Source: Nemertoderma westbladi (Eukaryota; Animalia; Xenacoelomorpha). From it: DNA of 50,816 nucleotides. The notes beneath the pieces are model-generated. The model saw only the letters and a list, made by a program, of their open reading frames with translations. It had not been told where the DNA came from and searched no databases. The DNA is taken from the NCBI GenBank assembly GCA_032718475.1, contig JAUCBJ010008397.1, forward strand, positions 1-50,816, written 5' to 3'. Positions within the stretch are counted from its first letter, which is position 1, and every line of letters begins with the position of its first letter. Shown here piece by piece: positions 1-11,158 of this stretch. The position numbers were made by a program, and so were the translations under genes.

Positions 1-1042
1 CCCTAACTATTTGATGAATCTCTTCACATAACGGGCCCACCTTCCCAATGTATTTACCTATTTCTTCCCATTTTTTTGCTCCTTTAATTTTCCCATTAAC
101 TTCTTCTACATTAACATGTTCTAGCTGATTATTTTCGTTTATATTAATTTTAATAATAGTTCCATTCCAGTAACCAACTAATAGGTAACAACTTCCTTTT
201 GTGTGGAAGTTTATAGAACTGAATGGGTTTCCCTCCCTACCTGGTTGACCCCCAAACTGATTTATTACTCTCCCTTTCTTTCCATCTAGTATTGTTATAG
301 TAGATGAATCATCTGTGAACCAGCTCAGCACAGCCACCATCCCACCATGATATTCCAATTTAACTACCCAGCCTTCTTCACTATGTTCCCATAATTCCTC
401 ATCAGTTATAAAGGAAATACATTTAGTGAAACCAAGGCCCCCTATTAACAGTTTAGTACAATCTGTATTAAACGTGAGCGAATAGACTTCCCTCTCCCCT
501 TCCATTAGAACCTTGATTAGATTCCCTTTGAGGTCCCAGAGTTTCACGGTCCCATCATCAGAACAGCTAGTCAATCCGGTGGTGTTATTGAATGCGATAC
601 TACTGACCCAGTCACTATAACCAGCCCAAGTTTGATGGGTGAATGAATTACCTTTTATAGTTCTGATCTGGATTAGAGAAAGTGTTCCATCAAGACAACA
701 ACTCGCGAACATGTTGGGATCCAATGGGGAGAATGAGATGGCGATTCTACCTGTTTCTCTTGTCTTGGATCCATGGAGACGGAGTTTGTTATGTGTGATG
801 TGTAACAACAGCTCCAGACTCTCCGCGTCCCACACATTTACTCCCCCGCCGTGCTCACTACTGACAGCACCTGCGACTCTCTTTGAGTCAGAAGATATCG
901 CACACCGACATATTGCTCTCCTGTCCTCGTCTTTATAATGCGCAACGATTCCAAGATTCTTTGGGTCGCACAGTACAAGGCCCTCGGAGCCGGCGTAAAT
1001 AAATCGATCGCTGCTATCGGGAAAAAGTTTGAGGTCGAGCAT
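1..1042 (-). CDS. WD40-repeat (beta-propeller) protein, at least 347 aa, 3'-incomplete at the window edge; possible death-fold domain starting at the C-terminal end
   Basis: Manual translation from ATG at 1042 has no stop down to base 1: MLDLKLFPDSSDRFIYAGSEG...AISSDSKRVAGAVSSEHGGGVNVWDAES...ISFSPLDPNMFASCCLDGTLSL...AGYSDWVSSIAFNNTTGLTSCSDDGTVKLWDLKG...VYSLTFNTDCTKLLIGG. These are WD40 blade motifs. It is absent from the ORF track because there is no stop in the window. The true start could be a splice acceptor instead of this ATG. Confidence 0.8.
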   Translation of the reverse strand, partial: MLDLKLFPDSSDRFIYAGSEGLVLCDPKNLGIVAHYKDEDRRAICRCAISSDSKRVAGAVSSEHGGGVNVWDAESLELLLHITHNKLRLHGSKTRETGRIAISFSPLDPNMFASCCLDGTLSLIQIRTIKGNSFTHQTWAGYSDWVSSIAFNNTTGLTSCSDDGTVKLWDLKGNLIKVLMEGEREVYSLTFNTDCTKLLIGGLGFTKCISFITDEELWEHSEEGWVVKLEYHGGMVAVLSWFTDDSSTITILDGKKGRVINQFGGQPGREGNPFSSINFHTKGSCYLLVGYWNGTIIKININENNQLEHVNVEEVNGKIKGAKKWEEIGKYIGKVGPLCEEIHQIVR

Positions 1043-3060
1043 AAATATACAGTATGTTCTTCTTTTCTATTGGATACCATCCCTGCAATTGTTTTTGGGT
1101 TCAATCAATAATATATTAATAGCGTATTAAGTATTGATAGCTATATTATGCATAGATAAATATATTTTCGAAATACCACATAACCATAAAATAATATGTC
1201 TAATTAATACTTTAATAATTAATACTAATAATTAGTACTGTTAAACTTCTCGCATTAATATTATTATAAAAAAAGCAATAAAGAAGTAATTTCTATTGGA
1301 TAGATAACTTGAAAATAATGCTAAAATGTCTGTATTTGAACTAGTCCGGCAGCCACAATGGTATACCGAAAATTTTTGGACGGATTCAATTTTTTTGATG
1401 TTTTGAGTTCTATAGGTCCCACTTATTGAGGAAATGGCGATTTTAAAATTTTTGACTTTGGGCATTTTGAAATAACCACCTAGTTGCTAAGGACCACGTA
1501 ATTCTCATTTAAAGCATAGCAACTGCAAACAGCATGTCATAATGGATTGAAATCTTCTACAAAGTCAATATAGTTCATTTACGAAATAATGACAATCATT
1601 TTTGTCTGATGTTTAGATCCTGTTGCTATGGAGACGGCATTCAAGTTTAGTGTTTCGATTTCAAACGCCTTTAATTATACAATTAGTTACAAAATATGCA
1701 CCAAAGTTAGTTAAATTATGTTTATTTTATTAGCGTGGCCTTTCTGTAACTTTAGACAAGGTTAAGAATCTAAATTGGGCTGATATTTATTTCCTAACCT
1801 GACATGTTTGAGTGTTAACATAATTATTAAAGAAAACAAATTTCAGCGATTATAATATTCAGCTGATGTTTCTACGGTAACTATATTTGTTATTTCCAGT
1901 TTAGCTCCTTTCTACTGTACTGTGCATCTTATTTTATTGTACCCGTATTCATAAATCGATACCGTAAGGGATAGTACAGATAAAGTGCATAAGTACCTTA
2001 GCAAAGTAGATTAGAGTGGATTCTACTGTACAGTATAGTATGTTCCGGTGTTCCAACGTACGATATAATAATATTTATAATATACCAAATTTTGGGTTGG
2101 GTACTACAGTACTTTTTCTTGGGTGACCATTTCGATATGGAGAATTGGGTTTGGAATTCATAACTAATGATGATCATTAGTTATGATTATTAGTTATTGA
2201 TCATTAGTTAGGCCTATGATTACTCACATTTAGTGTTTTCTTCATGGAATAGCTAGTGAGTTTCCAGGTATCTGTATTTAAATGGGACTTGTTCTAGAAA
2301 ATGGATATAGTTGTAGTTTCTTATACGGTGAGTCGAATTGTTCGTTTAATTGTCATCGACGTATGTTTTTTTAATGTTTTTTTTAATGTTTTTTTAATAA
2401 TTAAAATGGTACTGTATGTTTGCTTAGTTCTTTAGAAATATAACAGTTGATGATAGCTAATCGAATTAGGAAGCCTAGCAATTACTGTAAAAAATTATAA
2501 AATGACTAGTTCGAACATTCATAAGATATTATGGGGGCCAACTGGAAAAAACAGTAACTATTGTATCTGGTAAAAGAAATAGCTAGTAAAATCTCAAAAA
2601 TTGATCATATTTAAAAGTCAACGGGCCGGTACTAGTTAACGGGTCAGGACTAGAGTCATCCGACTCCCTTACAGGTTGCCCTCGGAGTCTACCTAGGTAA
2701 TACCAAGCAAACTACTGTATAAACGAATTTAAGTTCCATGAATTGTAAGAAATCCTCCACGCATTCACTAGCTATGCTAATAACCCAACCAAACAGGAAT
2801 ATTGAACCTACCTTATCACATGTGGATGAAGCGGATCATTCTATACTGAGATTGACCAAAAAGGAAATGTCAAAATAACTAGATTATGACATAGATATCA
2901 AGAGTTATACTGGTATTTCAAACCCGGTTTAATGCCTTGCCATTAAAAGTTTTGGCGGGGTCTGCTATTGGTCAACATCGAGCTAAATGTATTGACCATG
3001 AGATCCTCAAAGATGTCACTATGTAATTTGGTATTTTCCTGTTCAGGACGGAGGACTTAC

Positions 3061-3946
3061 ATTAGGGGGGATGCATACATTAATGAGTTTCATTGGATCC
3101 ATAGGAAGTTTAAAGGTTGTAAACCGGCCTCTCTGAAGTGTATCCTGTGTATTTTGGCGGTGTTTCGAAGACGTTATCTGGGAAAAAGTTTCCACAGAAC
3201 ATGCGCGCTATGCGCCTTTTCGTAGATAAATATTCTGTATTTCTTCTATTATTACATTTTTATCTGAGGGAAATTACAGGTGTAACCAATTCAATTTTCG
3301 TAAAGTCCCCATTAAAAACCGTACCGCAGTAATAGATGTGGGAGAAACAGTAAATGCATCGCGGTATCATAGGAAATCTTTTTGGAGGCCATGCATTACC
3401 TGAGTGTGACATGGTTGCAAGTATGTTTGGGATTGGCAAAGCGAAAGACATCAAGGCTTTGGATAAAGGACTCACTCTTACTTGTTTGGGAGATATGGAA
3501 GCACCGCAATCTACAGTCTTAATGGAATGTACTAACTTTATAACTGACTGGCGTGACTGCTGTGGATATGACTCAGACAACATGACCCAGTCACGACAAA
3601 AGTGTGCACAGAAAAAACAATTACCAGCTGTGCAAAGCTGCAAACAATACCACCAACCACTGACTCCTTGTCAGAGAACGTGAAAAGGGCCCATTTGAAA
3701 GTAATGGTGTGGAAGAACACAATGCAGAACACAGTTAGACCACCTAGTGTAGATCCCAGAAAATATGGGTGGAGAATAGCTAACAATCAACTTTCCCCGA
3801 TTGCAATCCCTGAGGGCATACCACCAGCTCCGGAATGCATTTTGCAATTAATTCGGTGTACCTGTTCAGTTCATCCAAAATCCCATGTAAAATCCAGAAA
3901 AAACCAACCCGATTTCACAGAATTTTGCAACTGCACTAAAGATTAA
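3061..3946 (+). pseudogene. Frameshifted, internally deleted Academ transposase/XPG-like/Cys-rich protein
   Basis: Motifs in different frames: LGGMHTLMSFIGSIG (~3062), FGGVSKTLSGKKFPQNMRAMR, HALPECDMVASMFGIGK (XPG H3TH-like) and IPPTTDSLSENVKRAHLKVMVWK...DPRKYGW...PPAPECILQLIRCTC...FCNC. Confidence 0.75.
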
Positions 3947-4116
3947 TGCGCAAACTTTTCTTAATTTCATATTGTATTATAATCAAACAATTAATAATAT
4001 AAAATGCATAGTCTCCATATTCGCCATGCATTAACTAAATTTTGTATATTTAGCATTAAAAATGTGTTATAAACAAGCGGGAGACAAATTATTTATATAT
4101 ACATTTTAAGGTAATA
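3539..4116 (+). repeat. 578-bp direct repeat, copy 1 (Academ 3' coding region)
   Basis: Matches 43854-44431 (offset 40315); ORF translations 3602..3946 and 43917..44261 are identical. Confidence 0.95.
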
Positions 4117-4509
4117 CTAGAAAGGCATTTCCTAAAGGAAATGCAACCACGAAGCTAAGGAAAATTAAACACTATTTGACTCATCACTTCATTGCTTTAC
4201 AGAGTTAAGAGGCATATGCCTTAAAAACTCATATTACAATGGCAACCGGAATTTTCTAGAACTGCTGAGGATTACATTAAGATCCGGTTTGTGGTTCCAG
4301 GTGACACATACTTCAATTTAGTTTCATTGAGTAGTTAATGTGTAAAACAAAGTATTTAATTGTTAAAACGTCTGTTTGTAGTGGTTGTCATGGAAATTAA
4401 ATTGGATTAAATTGTAAATTGATTGTAAATTAAATTGGATGCTTAATTAGTGATATAGTGAGGGTAGGGATTGGTCACAAGTCGTAATACCTTAATGTTA
4501 TGCTTCAAA

Positions 4510-5785
4510 TCCACGAAGCTAAGGAAAATCAACTACTTTCGCTAAGAAAGATTTTCCTTAGCTGAGATGGTCTATTCATAGTGGGCTATTTTACTTGTGT
4601 GAGGCAGATTTGGGGTTTTTTGATAGGCGAAAAAACTAGCCTTTAAAAGTACCCTGAAATTTTGCATGTATATACTACTCGGCGAGGCGCATCTTTTGGG
4701 CCGGGTCTCATATCCAGGAAAAATCTGGTTTCCATGGCAACGGACTTCAAAAAAAGTCTATGTATTTCAAGTCAATATTTATAACTCTATTTGTAGGAAA
4801 ACTATAATAGATTTAAACTTGGGGTTTCGCAACACAACTATAAGGTCCATAGCAGATCCGATTGAGGCTAAATAGAAAATCCAGTTACGTTGGCAACCGG
4901 GATAAACAGATGTTAAAATTTATAAAATGATAATTTGAGGCCTAAGGGCAAGGTGTTATGACTTGAGACCAACCCCTACCCCTACTATATAACTTATTCT
5001 GCATCCGAATTACATTGTTCTATTTTTCAGTTACCATGACAACAGCCGAAAACAGATGTTTTTATACAAAAATTATTCATTTGGACATAGACTTCGCGAT
5101 AAAATTTTACAAAACTGGGTATGTGTTATCTGCACCACTAGTTGGAACTTTTAGTGAAACTTAAATCATTCCAGAAATTTAGTTACCATGGTAACTGTAG
5201 TTTATTAAACTCTATATCATTCAAGTCTATATTGATAACTCTATTTCTAGCAAAACTGTAATATATATAAACTTGGGGTTTTGTAACTCATCTATAATTT
5301 CCATATCCATCCAAGCCGTTTGAGGTTAATTAGAAAGTACAGTTACCATAGCAACAAGACTAAACAGATGTTACTATTTATAAAATGATAATTTGAAGCA
5401 CAAGTTAATAGTATTATGACTTGGGACCAAGACCTACCCCCACTATATGACTTATTCTGCATCCGAATTACATTATTATATTTTTCAGTTTCCATGACAA
5501 CCACTGCAAACAGATGCATTTTGATAGAAAATCGGTAATTTGGACATAAACTACAATATTTTCTGAAACTCGGTATATGTGTTATAATCTGAACCACAAT
5601 CTGGACTGAATCTTTTTTCAAAGGTAAAACCCACAGTTCCAGAGAACTCTAGTTTCCATGGGAATAGAAGTAAATTATTGGCAATTGCTACTAAACTAGG
5701 CTATAAGCAACGAACCAAAGTGTGGCCGTTTGTTTAATTTTCCTTAGCTTCGTGGTTGCATTTCCTTTAGGAAATGCCTTTCTCG
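4510..5785 (+). mobile_element. Helitron-like copy H1, intact, 1276 bp
   Basis: A|TC...CTCG|T; nearly identical to 15646-16921 and 26329-27604. Confidence 0.9.
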
Positions 5786-5873
5786 TTAAGTAATGGAGAT
5801 TAGTTTATTGTTTTGGTTAGAAAACACCACCACTGTAACCTGCTTCTTTTGCCAGAGGTACGCATATGAACGA

Positions 5874-7126
5874 TCCACGAAGCTAAGGAAAATCAACTAC
5901 TTTCGCTAAGAAAGATTTTCCTTAGCTGAGATGGTCTATTCATAGTGGGCTATTTTACTTGTATGAGGCAGATTTGGGGTTTTTTGATAGGTGAAAAAAC
6001 TAGCCTTTAAAGGTACCCTGAAATTTTGCATGTATATACTACTCGTCGAGGCGCATCTTTTGGGCCGGGTGTCATATCCAGGAAAAATCTGGTTTCCATG
6101 GTAACGGACTTAGATAAAAGTCTATGTATATCAAGTCAATATTTATAACTCTATTTGTAGGAAAACTATAATACATATAAACTTGGGGTTTCTCAACACA
6201 ACTATAAGGTCCATAGCAGAGCCGATTGAGGTTAAATAGAAAATCCAGTTACCTTGGCAACCGGGCTAAACAGATGTTAAAATTTTTTAAATGTTAATTT
6301 GAAGCCTAAGGTTAAGGTGTGATGACTTGGGACCAATCCCTACCCCCACTATATAACTTATTCTGCGTCCGAATTTGATTATTCTATTTTGCAGTTACCA
6401 TGACAACCGCTGAAAACAGATGTTTTTATACAAAAATTATTCATTTGGACATAGACTTCACGATCAAATTTTACAAAACTGGGTATGTGTTATCTGGACC
6501 ACTAGTTGGAACTTTTAGTGAAACTCAAAACATTCCAGAAATATCTAGTTACCATGGTAACTGGAGCTTATTAAAGTCAATATCATTCAAGTCTATATTT
6601 TTAACTCTTGTTTGTAGAAAAACTGTATTAGATATAAATATTGGGTTTCCCAACTCAACTATAAGGAAGGTCCTCAGAGGAGACGCTGGTGGATAATTAG
6701 AAAATCCAGTTACCTTGGTAACCAGGCTAAACAGATGTTATAATTTAAAAAATTATAATTAGAAACACAAGTTAAAGGCATTATGACTTGGGACCAACCC
6801 CTACCACCATAATATCACTTATTCTGCATCCAATCTACGTTGTTCTATTTGCCAGTTACCATGACAACCACCGCAAACAGACTTTTTAACAAATTAATAA
6901 TTAATTTTGCACATAAACTACTCAATGAAGCTTACTTGAAGTCGATGTGTCAACTGGAACCACAAACTAGATCTTAATGTAAAACTCAGCAGTTCTAGAG
7001 AAGTCCAGTTACCATGGCAATACCGGGAGTTCTTTTAACTCGGTAAATCAATGAACTGATGAGTCAAAGAGTGTTTAATTTTCCTTAGCTTCGTGGTTGC
7101 ATTTCCTTTAGGAAATGCCTTTCTAG
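5874..7126 (+). mobile_element. Helitron-like copy H2, intact, 1253 bp, divergent subfamily
   Basis: A|TC...CTAG|T; both subterminal repeats and the hairpin are present. Confidence 0.9.
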
Positions 7127-8915
7127 TAACCATTTTATAAATTTGAACATCTGTTTGTCATGGTTGCCCTGGTAACTGGATTTTCTAATTAACCTCAATC
7201 AGCTCGACTATTGTCCTTATCATTGAGTTGAGAAACCCCAAGTTTATATCTATTGCGGTTATTCTATAAATAGAGTTATGAATATCCACGAAGCTAAGGA
7301 AAATCAACTACTTTCGCTAAGAAAGATTTTCCTTAGCTGAGATGGTCTATTCATAGTGGGCTATTTTACTTGTGTGAGGCAGATTTGGTTTTTTTTGATC
7401 GGTGAAAAAACTAGCCTTTAAAAGTACCCTGAAATTTTGCATGTATATACTACTCGTCGAGGCGCATCTTTTGGGCTGGGTCTCATATCCAGGAAAAATC
7501 TGGTTTCCATGGCAACGGACTTAGAAAAAAGTCTATGTATTTCAAGTCAATATCTATAACTCTATTTGTAGGAAAACTATAATAGATATAAACTTGGGGT
7601 TTCTCAACACAACTATAAGGTCCATAGCAGAGCCGATTGAGGTTAAATAGAAAATCCAGTTACCCTGGCAACCGGGCTAAACAGATGTTAAAATTTATAA
7701 AATGTTAATTTGAAGCCTAAGGTTAAGGTGTTATGACTTGGGACCAACCCCTACCCCCACTATATAACTTATTCTGCATCCGAATTACATTGTTCTATTT
7801 TTCAGTTACCATGACAACCGCTGGAAACAGATGTTTTTATTCAAAACTTATTCATTTGGACATAGACTTCACGATAAAATTTTACAAAACTGGGTATGTG
7901 TTATCTGGACCACTGGTTGGAACTTTTAGTGAAACTTAAATTATTCCAGAAATTTAGTTACCATGGTAACTGTAGTTTATTAAACTCTATATCATTCAAA
8001 TCTATATTGATAACTCTATTTGTAGCAAAACTGTAATATATATAAACTTGGGGTTTTGCAACTCATCTATAAGATCCATATCCAAGCCGTTTGAGGTTAA
8101 TTAGAAAATACAGTTACCATAGCAACAAGTCTAAACAGATGTTAAAATTTATAAAATGATAATTTGAAGCACAAGATCCACGAAGCTAAGGAAAATCAAC
8201 TACTTTCGCTAAGAAAGATTTTCCTTAGCTGAGATGGTCTATTCATAGTGGGCTATTTTACTTGTATGAGGCAGATTTGGGGTTTTTTGATAGGTGAAAA
8301 AACTAGACTTTAAAAGTACCCTGAAATTTTGCATGTATATACTACTCGTCGAGGCGCATCGTGTGGGATGGGTCTCATATCCAGGAAAAATCTGGTTTCC
8401 ATGGCAACGGACTTAGAAAAAAGTCTATGTATTTCAAGTCAATCTTTATAACTCTATTTGTAGAAAAACTATAATAGATATAAACTTGGGGTTTCTCAAC
8501 TCAACTATAAGGTCCATGGCAGAGCCGATTGAGGTTAAATAGAAAATCCAGTTACCTTGGCAACCGGGCTAAACAGATGTTAAAATTTATAAAATGTTAA
8601 TTTGAAGCCTAAGGTTAAGGTGTTATGACTTGGGACCAACCCCTACCCCCACTATATAACTTATTCTGCGTCCGAATTTGATTGTTCTATTTTGCAGTTA
8701 CCATGACAACCGCTGTAAACAGATGTTTTTATACAAAAATTACTAATTTGGACATAGACTTCGCTATAAAATTTTACGAAACTAGTTATGTGTTAACTAG
8801 ACCACTAGTTGGAACTTTTAGTGAAACTAAAAAACATTCCAGAAATATCTAGTTACCGTGGTAACTGGAGTTTATTACAGATTATATCATTCAAGTCTAT
8901 ATTCATAACTCTATT

Positions 8916-11149
8916 ATTATTATTATTATTATTATTACACCCATAGTCAAAAATTGCACATATGAAATTTATTTCAAATAAAATAGATCATTAGATAAAA
9001 ATATATACAGTAAGTAGTGGGGGAGGAGACTAACCAGGCCCGTGCACTTACGGTTAGCCATTCCATTATTTAAGTTAATTAATTTGTATACTAAACGTTA
9101 TAAGTACATGTAAAAGTAACTAAAAAGTATTAAATAATTAAACGTTTCCCGGATAAAAATATTTTTCTAAAAAATATTGTTAAAGATATTTTTCTACTGC
9201 CCGTACTTAAATATATTAACAATAAATAGTATTATATAATAACATGAGTTATGCCAAAAATAATCCAATTATTATAAAAATCTGTTAAAACTGCAGTATT
9301 TTAAAAGGTCTACATCCCGTGCTAAAATATTACTAAAAATATTAATGTTTGGGGCTGATGCAGCATTAGAAGGTAGGTCGTTCCACATACTAACTATCCT
9401 ATTACAAAAATATTTCTGACAAATTTGTAGGCGGCAAAAATTGTGTTGCAATTTATATTGGTGACCTCTAAGACCCCTTCGTGAAGCAAAGCTAAAAAAG
9501 TCATCAAAATTAATTTGCACTGCACCGGTGATTATAGAGAAAACCTGTTTTAAATCAAACACATGACGTCTAACTTCGAGTGGTTGTAAGTTTAAGTACT
9601 CAAGTCTATCTAAATAAGGCACCATGGTTAATTTACATCTAAAAAATAATCTGCGCGTAAAATATCTCTGTACGTGTTCGATCAGATCTATATGTCCTTT
9701 GGTAAAAGGAGACCAAATTACTGTACAATATTCCAATAAGGGACGCACGTAAGATTTATAAGCACAAATTAGGGCTGCCATATTACGAGTACGAAAACAT
9801 CTAAAAATCATATTGATTACTTTAGTTGATTTCAGAGCACGCTCATGGCAATGTTTATTAAATTTAAAATCAGAAGAAATCGTAACTCCCAGATCCTTAC
9901 AATCATCCTCTGCTTCAACAAGTTTACTATCTAGAAAATATTGCTGTTGAGGGTTATTGTAACCTAAATAGAGCACTATACATTTGTGTGGAGCGATATT
10001 CAACTGCCATTTATTAGACCATTCTGTGATTTTGTACAGAGACTGTGATATCAGTAAGTGGTCGCTGGATGGCGCATATATTTTGACGTCGTCAGCAAAT
10101 AGTTTACACGATAACCCTAAATTAAAAATATCCGGTAAATCGTTAATAAAAAGCACAAATAAAATTGGACCTAGTACGCTACCTTGTATGGTGCCCGACG
10201 TAACTGGACTATAATCAGAGAAACTACTACCAACTAAAATACGTTGTGATCTATATGCGAGAAAAGCCTTTAACCAATAAAATAAGTCACCTACTATACC
10301 GTAAGAAGAAAGTTTACATAAAAGTTTTTGGTGCACAACAGAATCAAAGGCTTTCGCAAAGTCTATGTAGATTACATCAACAGTGCACTTTCTATCTAAT
10401 AATTTAATCCAATCCTTTGTACATTCTAATAGCTGGGTACATGTAGACTTATTTTTTAAGAAGCCATGTTGGGCCTTATTAATTAATTTGTTAGTAAATA
10501 AGTAATCACACAAATCTTGTTTAATACACTGCTCCATAATTTTACACGCAATACAAGTCAATGAAACGGGTCTGTAGTTATATGGGTCACTCGAGTTTCC
10601 TTTTTTGTACAACGGGACAATAATAGCTGTAGACCAAATTGAAGGAAGGGCATGTGATTTAAAAGAAATATTAAAAATAACAGATAACGGTAAAGATAAA
10701 ACTGACGCTAAATTACTGAATAAAATGCACGGAAAACCGTCAGGCGTACGACTTGTTTTAGAACCTAATTTACGAATAATTGAGAAAACACGATCAACTG
10801 AAAAATCGACTTTAGAAATATATACAGATTGCGGGACCCTCCGCGTAAATGTAGGGCAATCGTTATTATCAATATTAAAATTGTCTGACAGAACCTTAGC
10901 GAAAATATCAGCCTTGACGGCATCATCTACAATTGTGGCACCATTAATGAAAGAGGTGAAATTCCCTGTCTAGATTTGCACTTTAAGTTTACGTAATTAA
11001 ACAAAACATTCGCCTTTCCACTGTTTAGAATTTTATATTCTCGTAAACATTCAGATCGGAGAATTGCCTCCGACAGTTCCTTACAACAACGGTTGTAATC
11101 TGATTTACCGATCTCCGTGTGGCGCCGGCGCCAAAGTAACTTTTTCTTT
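8916..11149 (-). mobile_element. 5'-truncated CR1-group LINE, copy 1
   Basis: (TAA)n 3' tail at 8916-8937; CTCTATT target duplication at 8909-8915 and 11150-11156; RT ORF; no endonuclease domain. Confidence 0.92.
9272..10612 (-). CDS. Reverse transcriptase (ORF2 C-terminal part) of CR1-group LINE
   Basis: NYRPVSLT, QHGF, YIDFAKAFDSV, QGSVLGP, FADD, KDLGV, VRPLLEYC..IWSP, LRGHQYKL and WNDLP motifs. The frame is open upstream to ~10968, then a 1-nt frameshift near 10950. Confidence 0.9.
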   Translation of the reverse strand: MYKKGNSSDPYNYRPVSLTCIACKIMEQCIKQDLCDYLFTNKLINKAQHGFLKNKSTCTQLLECTKDWIKLLDRKCTVDVIYIDFAKAFDSVVHQKLLCKLSSYGIVGDLFYWLKAFLAYRSQRILVGSSFSDYSPVTSGTIQGSVLGPILFVLFINDLPDIFNLGLSCKLFADDVKIYAPSSDHLLISQSLYKITEWSNKWQLNIAPHKCIVLYLGYNNPQQQYFLDSKLVEAEDDCKDLGVTISSDFKFNKHCHERALKSTKVINMIFRCFRTRNMAALICAYKSYVRPLLEYCTVIWSPFTKGHIDLIEHVQRYFTRRLFFRCKLTMVPYLDRLEYLNLQPLEVRRHVFDLKQVFSIITGAVQINFDDFFSFASRRGLRGHQYKLQHNFCRLQICQKYFCNRIVSMWNDLPSNAASAPNINIFSNILARDVDLLKYCSFNRFL

Positions 11150-11158
11150 CTCTATTTA

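Noticed and set aside
639-1104. ORFs 639-938 (+) and 838-1104 (-)
   Set aside because: Antisense and alternative-frame shadows of the longer WD40 frame.
4510-5785. Classifying the 1.27-kb element as an ordinary MITE
   Set aside because: The inverted repeats are asymmetric (the 3' copy is ~30 bp internal), there is no TSD at verified empty sites, and a 3' hairpin with CTAG is present.
9984-10973. Plus-strand ORFs of 76 and 122 aa, repeated three times
   Set aside because: Antisense to LINE ORF2; their identity reflects recent copying of the LINE.
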